Source of the DNA: Botryllus schlosseri
Taxonomy: Eukaryota
Assembly (NCBI GenBank): GCA_051294905.1
Contig: CM119372.1
Span: 22,880,001-22,944,000 of the forward strand
Length of the DNA: 64,000 bases
Reading direction: 5' to 3'
A program made the position numbers and the translations under genes. Position 1 is the first letter of the stretch, and every line of letters starts with the position of its first letter. Of this stretch, positions 53,764-64,000 are shown piece after piece. The notes below the pieces were generated by a model. The model saw only the letters and a program-made list of their open reading frames with translations, ran no database searches and was not told the DNA's origin.

Positions 53764-55754
53764 CTGTCAACAACGGAAGCTGTTTTCCTTCATTGTGCTG
53801 CTGCTAATTTATATTTAGTTGCTTGTGAATTTGCTTTTTTGATAGTTGTATATGTTTCTACTTACCCGAAGGAAGGAATTGATTTCGACATCCAAATATA
53901 TATATTTGACTATAGAGATTGTACAATCTCTATAGTTTGACTCCGGCTTCGAAAACTGCAGTCATATCAGGTCCCCCTGTCAATAGCATCGCTAATATGT
54001 TAGTCTCTAAGTATATAGGCCGTTCCAAGTAGGCTAGGCCTTATTTGACGGGATGAGATTGTCCGATTGACAGTGAAGTAACCTTGCACACTGACATTAC
54101 ACATACATCGTGAAAATGTGATTTAGTATTATACAGCATTTCGAGCCTGGCACAGAACAATTCAATCACATTTATAAATATTTGAACAAAGTTGTTGTTG
54201 CATTTGGTAGAGTTAGAGCAAAATTTATCAAAATTATAAGATTAAAGAGACCATGCGAGAAGACAAATGCATCATATCTTTATAGAAGCTGCCGCGGACA
54301 TTTGACGCACCACAAATCGGTAGAATATTTTAGAATTTCACAAAGATTGATATCAAACACTTGATAAAGATAGCATTTGAACAGTGTTGCCTATTTCAGT
54401 TTTCAGGTATAGGCTACTCCTGATAATGAGGCTATTGCTTATGACCTTGCCCAAGTAAAACTAAAAATGCGTTAGATTTACCTTCGAATATTGCAACAGA
54501 TAAATAACAACAGAAATACGATAATTAATGTGTCATAGTGATAGAAAAATCCAATTGCCGAATAACTCATCGGTCTTTCAGCGGTGGGGCGTACCACTAC
54601 GTCACTCCCCACCTTCGAGTGGAGTTATTAACATGATTAAAAGGACCCAAGATGTAAGTAACTACACATATAGGGGGCGCCACAGAATGTTAATGGTTGC
54701 CTAACGACTTGCTCATATGGCGAAATACAGAGGCCCCTCTACGGCCTTCTGATCTATTACCCATGAAACGCGAATGGTTTGTTGCGTGCAGTGTTGTAAC
54801 CATAAGTGACTGCGTTCCGAGTCACAAGTCCTTTTCCGATTTTAACGTTTGGCACGAGCTAGGCTGTAACTCGATACATTTTCAATATGTCACTATGGTG
54901 AGTCCAGGTCCTAGTAAATCTACGAACGATCGCGTCCAATTAAGCCACACTTTTTAGCCACGATTCATCTGCGGGTCATGTTTTATCATCAAGAATCGGC
55001 GATATGATGTAATACCAGATCTTCCACCACATGGTAGATTTTCAAAAAGATGTGAGAGTGAAGTTTGATGAGTAGTTGCATATTTTTGGAACAATGTTAA
55101 AGTTAATTTTAACTTTTATTTTTACCGCTATGCTGGCCTCGGCTGCCATTGTATACAATTATTAGATTACTAACCAACGGATGGATTCGCAACACGTGAC
55201 TCACGATTGAATACGCCGAGAAGCGAACTGCTGAGCCGGCAAAAAGCAGCAGAATTGATAGTCCCATAGCTGGCGATCCAAGCGTCGATTTTAGATATGT
55301 ATGGGCCTAATCGCACTGATTCCGCAATAAAAGTATATTTCCAGGCAATGGTACCATCCCAAAATAGTCGTGAAAGTCTGGGAATCAGCATTGTTCTGAA
55401 CAGTCGCTGGGCGTAATTGGTCATTGTTGTGGTCATGCTGCTGCCACTGGACCATTGGATATTATATAACGTCTTATCTGACAAAGCACGGTTTTGTTTT
55501 TACTCCTCATCCTGATTCCTACGTCCCTCGATAAAAAAATATTATTTCTTTAGTTATATACTATATACGCAAATCCAACACGTGCATATATTATAATACT
55601 TTTTTCAACGACATACTGCATACGGGAATAGTTCGAAAACGTTTTTTCTTTTTAATAATTGACGGGTATTTGCACATCATGAATGAAACATGAATACTTG
55701 AATTGTTGTTTATTACGACGCTACGGTTGTCAAGGAGCACGTTCGAATTTATGA

Positions 55755-55937
55755 TTATTCAATTACATGTTCAACAGCAGTAATTGTAATTGTAATTGTA
55801 ATGTAATTGAAGCATGCAAGGAGTAATTGTAATTGTAATTGTAATTTGATATTTTTAGCATGGAGTAATTGTAATTGTGATGTAATTGAAACATGCATGA
55901 AAGTAATTGTAATCGTAATTGTAATTGAACTGAAATA
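55755..55937. repeat. (GTAATT)n subterminal array of a hAT-type MITE end
   Basis: Ends gtaattgatccaactctg; the reciprocal end type cagagatggatcaattac is at 10385-10445. Confidence 0.65.
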
Positions 55938-56429
55938 ATGTAATTGATCCAACTCTGCTGTGAATCGTGTGCATAAAGGGTAGTGATGGAATCGCCCATT
56001 TTAAAGGATGGATAGATATGGGAAGTGGAAATAAGTTCCCCTGAATTCATAAAAAATAATTTTGTCTACGTCCTTGTCTCGAATAGCATAATATATCGAA
56101 GAACCAAGTTCGGATTTGAAAGTACACCATTGAACAGGCTCAAACTACAAATCGCTTATATTGTTGTCTAACGGAAATGCACCTGCGAGGACTATTCCAA
56201 CGAATCAAAACTTATAATTGTATAGGCCTACTTCGTATAGGACTATACGTGCGATTCACGATAGCGCGAAATATATAGAATAGAGATAGGATAGGATAGG
56301 ACAGGGCGTAGGCCTAGTATATTTTGTTCTTGATGTTTTTGCGGTATATAGGCCTACATTTCATATAAATACACACGATCCGTTGCATATGCATATCATG
56401 AGAGTATGGCGAAGGAAGGTGTGGATATA

Positions 56430-56610
56430 TAGCCTTGCAATAAAGCTTATACCAAGTCCACCACTCCTTAATGATATCCCAGTGATGCTGAGAGCCAAGC
56501 GGGGAAGTCATGATACCAATGTTACTGTGCAGGTCTTTGGTCTGACCCGGCACGGGATTGAGCCCACGATACCTATTCCTATCAAGAAGTCGGAGGCCAC
56601 ACCATTACGC
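56430..56610 (-). mobile_element. tRNA-headed SINE, family B
   Basis: Minus strand gggctcaatcccgtgccgggtcagaccaaagac (B-box-like head followed by conserved body); second copy at 5110-5250. Confidence 0.55.
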
Positions 56611-56725
56611 TATCTTTATATATATCTTCAATAATAATAAGTACAATAGGGAGAAAAATTTGGATAAAATAGGCATTTAATGCTGTCACTATGAGAAGAA
56701 AAATGAGCAGGTTCTACAACACGCG

Positions 56726-57400
56726 GTCTCTGTGGCGCAATCGGTTAGCGCATATAGTGTTCTATATGGTGTCGCCACAAGCAAATCTCACGCCTCAGTG
56801 AAATTGTATCACGTCACAATTTCCATTTGGCTACAGGCAATTTGACGGTCTTGACCGGTTTGCCGAGCATTAAATTTGGTAAAACAGGTATCAATCGAAA
56901 GCTGACTCTGCACTGATTACGAAAATATAAATTTTATTCCGCTCGTGGCCCTGGAACTCCCACGATCAGCCTCCAATTTTTCATTGTTATGGAGATTGGC
57001 ATTGGGACGCAACAATGATGTTTGGCGAAACGAGAGAGTAGCTCAGGAGAAAAAGAGCCAGGCAGCATTGTTCAGCATTGTTGCGTCCCAATGCCAATCT
57101 CCATAACAATGAAAAATTCGAGGCTGATTGTGGGAGTTCCAGGGTCACGAGCGGAATAAAATTTATATTTTCGTAATCAGTGCAGAGTCAGCTTTCGATT
57201 GATACCCGTTTTACCAAATTTAATGCTCGGCAAGCCGGTCAAAAATTACCGTCAAATTGCCTGTAGCCAAATGGAAATTGTGACGTGATACAATTTCACT
57301 GAGGCGTGATATTTGCCTGTGTCGACACCATAGAGGACACTATGGTTAGCGCGGTCGCCTGTTAACCGAAGGGTTGGTGGTTCGAGCCCACCCAGGGACG
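56726..57400 (+). pseudogene. tRNA-Asn(GTT) gene split by a transposon (5' part 56726-56751, 3' part 57353-57400)
   Basis: gtctctgtggcgcaatcggttagcgc + ggtcgcctgttaaccgaagggttggtggttcgagcccacccagggacg rejoins to a typical animal tRNA-Asn with a few substitutions. Confidence 0.92.
56752..57343. mobile_element. Foldback-type element (~270-bp inverted arms, ~50-bp spacer)
   Basis: 56752-57020 is nearly the reverse complement of 57073-57343; flanked by duplicated ggttagcgc (56743-56751, 57344-57352). Confidence 0.9.
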
Positions 57401-57419
57401 CACCTTTAATTTTCTGTTC

Positions 57420-57629
57420 ATGACCACGAGTGGAATAAAATTTTTATTTTCAAAATCAGTACAGCGGTAGCTTTCGATTGATACCCGTTTTATCGGACTT
57501 AAATGCTCGACAAGCCGGTCAAAAATTACCGTCAAATTGCCTTTGACCAAATGGAAAGTGTGACGAAAACCAATTTCACTGAGCCGTGAGATTTACTTGT
57601 GTCCACTCCACACCATATAGGACACTATG
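57420..57629. mobile_element. Solo, more diverged arm of the same foldback family
   Basis: Direct repeat of 57145-57344, ending in the same ggacactatg terminus. Confidence 0.85.
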
Positions 57630-58157
57630 GTAAAACTGGTGTCCGCGACGCCCAAAATACAGTTTCTTCATTCACATTATCAGGTGGTTGACTAAAAAAA
57701 GGTCAACTTTTCGGCCCAGCTCCCGAAATACCCGCCGGAGCGTTACTTTGGTGCTGATTTACTGTATCTAAGTCGATTTTGCCATACATTATTATTCTCA
57801 AAAAAGAGGATATTTGGCCGTCCTCCGAGGACACTTTCAAAAAAGTCAAAAAGAGGACAAATACTCTTGAAAGAGGACGTATGGTAGCATTGAGGCTGTA
57901 TCGCCTTTCCATCTGCAATCCATCCTCGATGATGCAGACGAAAATAAATCTGACATCTGCCTCTCTCTCTGTCTCTCTCGTGACGGTTTCTCTGGTACGG
58001 TTGCAAATCACCAAGAAATGCTGCAGAGTGCCAACTCTCCTCACGTGATCGAACTCCTGCAAATACGCTTTCGCCGGTACTGCTGATACATCTAAAATTC
58101 TCTGCTGTCCTTCGTCGTTAAACGTGAACCTAAAATATGTGTGTTTCGAGGGAGGCA

Positions 58158-58576
58158 ATGACGAAGTCGGCTGAAGGGTTTTTAAAGTTCGTTAATGCAT
58201 CACCTTCTCCGTATCATGTCGTCAGCGAGTGCAAAAACAGACTTGTGAGGGCTGGTTTCACCGAGTTGCGCGAGCGTGAGCAATGGGATATCAAGAAAAA
58301 TTCCAAGTGCTTCGTGACAAGAAACCAGTCCACAATTGTAGCCTTTGCTGTTGGGGGAAAATATATACCAGGAAATGGCTTTAGTATCATTGGAGCCCAT
58401 ACAGACAGTCCATGCCTAAAACTCAAGGTAAAAAGCTTCAAAGAAAAGCTGGGCTTTGTGCAGGTCGGCGTTGAAACGTATGGAGGGGGGAATTGGGGAA
58501 CGTGGTTTGACCGAGACCTCAAAGTAGCTGGAAGAGTTCTAGTAGCTACTAAAGATGGCAAACAAATTCATCATAA
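58158..58576 (+). CDS. DNPEP: Aspartyl aminopeptidase (peptidase M18), coding exon 1
   Basis: [22 protein letters not shown]...[12 protein letters not shown]...VETYGGG.W.TWFDRDL..AGRV; donor gtaaga at 58577 (phase 2). Confidence 0.96.
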
Positions 58577-58640
58577 GTAAGAGCACTATTCGGTGATACT
58601 CGCAGAAATATATTTTATGCTTCGGTTACTTTTTTTTCAG

Positions 58641-58792
58641 GTTGGTGCACATTGACAGACCAATATTACGGATTCCACACCTTGCTATCCATCTCCAACG
58701 GGAAATGAATGACCGGTTTTCCATAAATAAAGAAACTCATATGGTTCCAGTTCTTGCGAGTCAGGCAGAATTCGAACTCAACAGATCATCAT
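58641..58792 (+). CDS. DNPEP: Aspartyl aminopeptidase, coding exon 2
   Basis: Acceptor ttttcag; LVHIDRPILRIPHLAIHLQR...NKETHMVPVLA; donor gtgagt (phase 1); absent from the ORF track. Confidence 0.95.
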
Positions 58793-59912
58793 GTGAGTTA
58801 AAATTTATGATGTAATTTGATAACTAACTAACAAATTCGATAACTAAGTAACAAGTTTATATTGACACTGTATATGGCTAGTTCTCATATCATTGAAAAG
58901 CTCCGAGAGGCATGAAGACTCGTTGCTGCTGGACAGCTGGAGTATTTATGTCCCGGAGTGGAATTGGTGGCAACGTCACGCAGGATTTTCTGTTTAATTC
59001 CTTAATTATTCTATATAGAAAAGCTCTCATCACGCAGGATTTATTTCAAAAAATGGACAGAGATTCCATATAGGTTTATGTCTGCATAACAACAAGTTAT
59101 TGTAATTTTGCTAAAATTTGAAAAAGGGTCTACTGCAAGTAGCCTATGTCAACATTACCATATATAATTTCATATTTGGTAAGCTAGTTCTAGAAAACGA
59201 AGTGAAGGGGCTATAGTCTCGGCCTCGGGATATGAACTTTTGATCTGTTTCGAAGTTCTTTAAAAATTATGCTGCTGAGAGCACACTGCCCCATAGGAAT
59301 TTGAAAGTCAAGGGGCACTGTATGTCAATAGGCCTGAAAAAGAAACCATAATATATAAATGTTAGTTAGCCCTCCATTTTCCGATGAACCAAGCTGGGTA
59401 TAAAGGAATAAATGCGAAAGGAAAGTCCGTCATCTTGAAAATGTCATGTACCTTGGTGCTGCCATTACTATCCATTATGTAAACAAGATATACTCATGCA
59501 GCAGCTCTGGCCTCCTTGTTCAAAGTCCTCGCTGCTGAATTTGTAGAGCAATTGACTTTGTCAAATTGTAAATATATAACTCTTCTTGTGGTTGTTGAGA
59601 ATTATTTTCTATGGGCAATTTATTTTTATCAATTGCCCCAATCGCGCATTCAGGAGTAACCTTTCGTGGCGTGTGTACAAGAGTGATATATAAACAGAAC
59701 TGTCACACAGTTTTTTTGTCGTTTAATAATTCTATCATTGATTCCATTCCATGTAGAGGAAAAATTTAGTAATGCAGATAGATGTATGATATTTGATAGG
59801 CTCGCAGGTGGTCAGTACCATCATTCCATGCATTATTATATAATTGCCTTGAAATAATCTGTCAATCTATGTAGCGGCCAAGCAATCACTGACCATAGAG
59901 GTTTATTTACAG

Positions 59913-60148
59913 GCGTCGATGACTTGAAACGTGCCGAAAGCAATGCAGTGAAACGATCTTGTTGCAAGAAGCACCATCCTGCTCTTTTAGCCGCTCTATC
60001 CGAGGCGATGGGGGTGGCTGTCGAGGATATCGTCGACTTTGATTTATGTCTTGCAGATCACCAACCGGCTGCAATAGGCGGAATTTATAACGAGTTTATC
60101 TTTTCTCCGAGACTGGATAACTTGATGAGTAGCTACACCGCATTAGAG
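59913..60148 (+). CDS. DNPEP: Aspartyl aminopeptidase, coding exon 3
   Basis: Acceptor tttacag, phase consistent; KHHPALL...DFDLCLADHQPAAIGG...EFIFSPRLDNLMSSY; donor gtgagc. Confidence 0.95.
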
Positions 60149-61480
60149 GTGAGCACAGTCGACCGATGTCTCGCCGTCTAGTAGTCTACCTGTCTAGAAT
60201 TTTCTGCACAGTCTGAGATTTCAAGCATTCTACCCTTTGCTTGAGGTCTCTGGATACATAGCTATATTTGAAATTTTTAAGCATCCCTTAAAGCAGGGCT
60301 TCCCAACCTGTGGGCCGTAAACCTTTTTTGGGGGCCATGGAACAATTTTAAAAATTTCGTCATCTCAGAGTCTACTGCAGGATAGCAAAATAAATGAATA
60401 ATAATTAAATAAAAATACCAGTTCAGTAATAAGCTACGGCACTATTCTTGATCTCAAGTTTATTTTCTACCCTCTACCACCAAACAAATCTAATATGTAT
60501 TGATTGACATCTGGAATTGGTCCGTGTGATGTTGTTTGTGGGCATATTTGTATGAAAGTGATGGATGATGTTTGCGGATCATTGTGTTCATTGGCAGTGA
60601 CAATTGGTTAGATTATGTTCTACGGAGTAGGCGTGAACTGGTGTTTTGGAGCATTGGTCCAATCAGGTCGTTGATTTACTATTTGTCTTGTTTGCACAGC
60701 TATAGAAATCTGATTCGGCACTTTTCAATGGTACTGCTTCCTGCCGATGACCTCTTTTGTGAATGTACTATGCAAACTGAATGTATGATCTAATTTGATT
60801 ATGGGACTCTCCATTTTGCGATAATATTTCATACTCTTCATCAATATGCAGTTGATTGTTGTTACTGTATGCTATGTGTGAGAGAGAGAGAGAATTCTTT
60901 TATTCGTCAACCATGAAATATATGTGCACAATCAGTCACGTCCAATAGGACATATTTTTTATATTTTCCTGACTATATTTTACACGGTATATAGACTGGG
61001 CGACCTTCTAGGCCGGAGTAATACAAGCATATTTGGCAGTATTAATAATAATATGAATCAATATCTCATCTTCTCAGTCGAGTAGCACAGCAATGAACCA
61101 ATTACCAATTATTCCGTTACGGCATTTACCAGGTGCTATTAATAGGCATTGCATGATCTTGTTTTTCAAAATTTCAGACATGTCTTTCGCTGAATTGTAT
61201 TCTTGGTATAATTTCCATATCTAGTAATTGTATTGGAAATTGATAATTCGTTACATGTGAAAATCGCATGAAAAATTGACCACTGTGACAGAATAAAAAA
61301 AATGTGATAGCAAGATTTCGAGCATGGGGTTAATGCATAATAATGGTCATTTACCACGATCACTTGAAATAGTAGGCTACTCATTAAGCTCCGATGGAAG
61401 TTGCTGGCCTAGCTAGAGAATAAATTGCGAACTCCTTGTATGACGATTAATCCACATAACATCCGTTAATATTTGCTCAG

Positions 61481-61636
61481 GCTCTGGTTGCATCTTGCGA
61501 ACAAACTGATAGCCTTGATATGGACACCAACATCCGCATGGTATGTCTCTACGACAATGAGGAAGTTGGGTCGCAGAGTGCTCAAGGTGCTTGTTCCTCA
61601 ATTACCGAATATATTATGAGAAGGATATCAAAGTCG
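61481..61636 (+). CDS. DNPEP: Aspartyl aminopeptidase, coding exon 4
   Basis: Acceptor gctcag; ALVASC...LYDNEEVGSQSAQGA; donor gtaagt. Confidence 0.95.
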
Positions 61637-62756
61637 GTAAGTCATGTAGTCCCGAAGTTTTTCTTATCTGATACAACTCTTTTGTTTGTACTAAGCTGCT
61701 TACTACTGGTTGCTGTTGACTCATTTTACTTGTACGTATGGGTTAAGCACGAGCTTACCTATTAAGGGTATAACATTACCCATAGGGACAGCATATCGGA
61801 GATCGTGTCTTGGCTCAATGAGGCTCTTGGATTGAATGGATATCAAGACCAAAAACCCTCGCTCACACTTGCGTATCGAGGCAGAGGCAGGGGTTTTGAT
61901 TCTTCTTTCGTTCATGGTTCAAATCAAAGCGCCGTTTCAACAATATAGGATTAAGGGCTGCGTTGGAAACTACGCCCTTGCTAATATTCTCCTCCGGATC
62001 CGATTGCGATGAATCTATATTTTGTTTTTGACATGGTGAAAATTTATCCTGCTGTATAGATTAGCCCTATTAGCCGACTTAGCCAATCCCATTAGTTAAA
62101 TTGGTTTTCTTTTTCGTGAATCTGCTATGACACAATAATATCAATGTGAAATTGTACAGCTGAAGTAAATCATACACCGTGCAATGTACGTTGTTTTCGA
62201 CACTGCAAAGGTCACCAAATAGTAGACTAAATACAAATACCGCTCAACTCTTCCGTGCCACAGTTTGAGAACCGCTGTTCAGCTTATTGAAAGTGAATTA
62301 TTGGTTATGGTATTCATTGAATGGACTATTATGCAAGTCTCAAAGTCTGGTCGTTGTCATGAAAAATAATGATGTTTGAAATGTTCATTTCTCTTCATTT
62401 TTTGATTTGATCTCGTGTAAAAATATAGCACTCTACCTTGGCTTATAGATGCATAATTGCATAATGCCATCAAGTAGCCTAGTGTTAAGGATATAAGCTA
62501 TACAGAAATAGACATGCCTTGGCTATGTATCCAGTGAACTATGCTTAGTCGACTGTTTAGTAGGCAGGCTCTTCTATATTATTACTCAGAGACAGAAGCT
62601 CTCTAACAATTTACCCCTGCGAATTTTCAGTTCTTAATCACTTTGACTGTAAGCCGAGTTCACTGGGCCTATGTCCCATATGCCATTTGCAGTCCATGCA
62701 TATCTAATGTTTCATAGACGGTGGCTCGTTCATTGGACAGGGTCCTCTTGTTTCAG

Positions 62757-62917
62757 AGTGCAAACAACACCGCTTTTGAGGAATGCGTTCCGAAATCCTT
62801 CATGATAAGCGCGGATATGGCTCATGCAATCCACCCCAACTATCCGGATAAGCACGAGGACAATCTTCGCCCTTCACTTCACGGGGGTGTGGTTATAAAG
62901 ATAAATAACAACCAAAG
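62757..62917 (+). CDS. DNPEP: Aspartyl aminopeptidase, coding exon 5 (gene continues past the window)
   Basis: Acceptor tttcag; [29 protein letters not shown]...[11 protein letters not shown]; donor gtaatg. Confidence 0.95.
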
Positions 62918-64000
62918 GTAATGGATCGAATGATTACAATGCAACTGCGTTATTATTACATTCTTTTCTGGTTACCCGACGATTGAGCATGCCACACATG
63001 AGCATGTGACATTTGACCTCTTGACTTTCTACCCCAAAACTTACCCCAACCTGAACTTGCACCCTCAGTCTTAAGAGTAGCTTGCTCAAATGTCCATGAC
63101 CAGTGCCTGTGTATTGCAAATCAAATGATACTTCGGCAATCTATTGTAGAAATCTTCTGTTTAGTTAATATGTAGGCTGGTTATGTAGTAACCAACTGGT
63201 GTCAGGTTAACACTGTGGCGTTGCAAGATGAAACAAATGTTCATTTTTGTTCTTGTATACAAAAAGTATGTTGAAAATCTGTGTCATCTATTTTGTTTGT
63301 GGTTCCAAGGTAACGAGAGTTGTCTTCACTCACATTGTCTGATGGGCCTTGCCGTCTGTCTTATGCTTGTGCCCCTGTGCAAATTCTTGTCAGCATTATT
63401 GAAAAGACCATGCTCGTGTTGAAGTTTTTCGAGAGAATCGAATTTAGAACCATAAGATGGAACAAAGGAAAAATACAATTGTTCAATGAGAATAGAAAAG
63501 GTTATATGAAACAGAAAAGGCGATAGTAACTCTTTGCCTATGTAATTGTGTCTGCATACCACAATCACGAATGCAGCTAACGGCTTTGATACCCTACTGC
63601 AAAATGTTAAGGTGTTTTGATATGTTACCTGATTTTTTCCACTTTTACAGAGTATAATGATATTCTACTTCATTTATTGAACGAAACGCTTCAATAGTAA
63701 CTTTGGTTATGCGTCACCATAGAATATTGATTGTGTCTTACCATTAAAAATCCAGCTTTGTCAGAGAACCCATTGGATTTGTCGACTAGACTCAGGTAAT
63801 TGTGTGGTGTTCGGTTTTTATTACTGTCAGACCTACTCTAAACGATTTTTGTAATCAATTCACTCTCTCTTTACTTTAAAGATCTTGATCAGTATTGATT
63901 AGATTTTAAACATAAACACGCATCATTTTCAATTGTGAAATCATCATAACAATAGGGTGATATAGTGCCTCGATCACAGTCACACATCTGTGCACTTATT

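Noticed and set aside
57703..58561. Minus-strand ORFs of 151 and 115 aa near DNPEP
   Set aside because: They run through a MITE remnant or are antisense shadows of DNPEP exon 1

Overview
Eukaryotic animal genomic DNA: AT-rich, spliceosomal GT-AG introns, no operons or CRISPR. An invertebrate chordate such as an ascidian is plausible, but that is inference. Most short ORFs in the track are non-coding or repeat-derived. Genes supported: (i) the first five coding exons of aspartyl aminopeptidase DNPEP (58158 to beyond the window end, +); (ii) a single-exon ~405-aa multi-pass membrane protein (33264-34481, -) with CREST/DUF6962-like histidine motifs; (iii) two identical intronless tRNA-Arg(TCT) genes; (iv) a tRNA-Asn(GTT) gene split by a ~590-bp foldback transposon. 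The rest is dominated by nested non-autonomous hAT-type elements (many with checkable 8-bp TSDs), two LINE 3' fragments and two tRNA-derived SINE families. There are also three insertions of one Penelope-like element family, whose terminal repeat carries a minimal type I hammerhead ribozyme motif with a 7-bp pseudoknot (five copies; two insertions are inverted-repeat structures). The most notable items are the hammerhead/Penelope system, the split tRNA-Asn, the intronless CREST-like gene and the n-Tr20-like tRNA-Arg pair.
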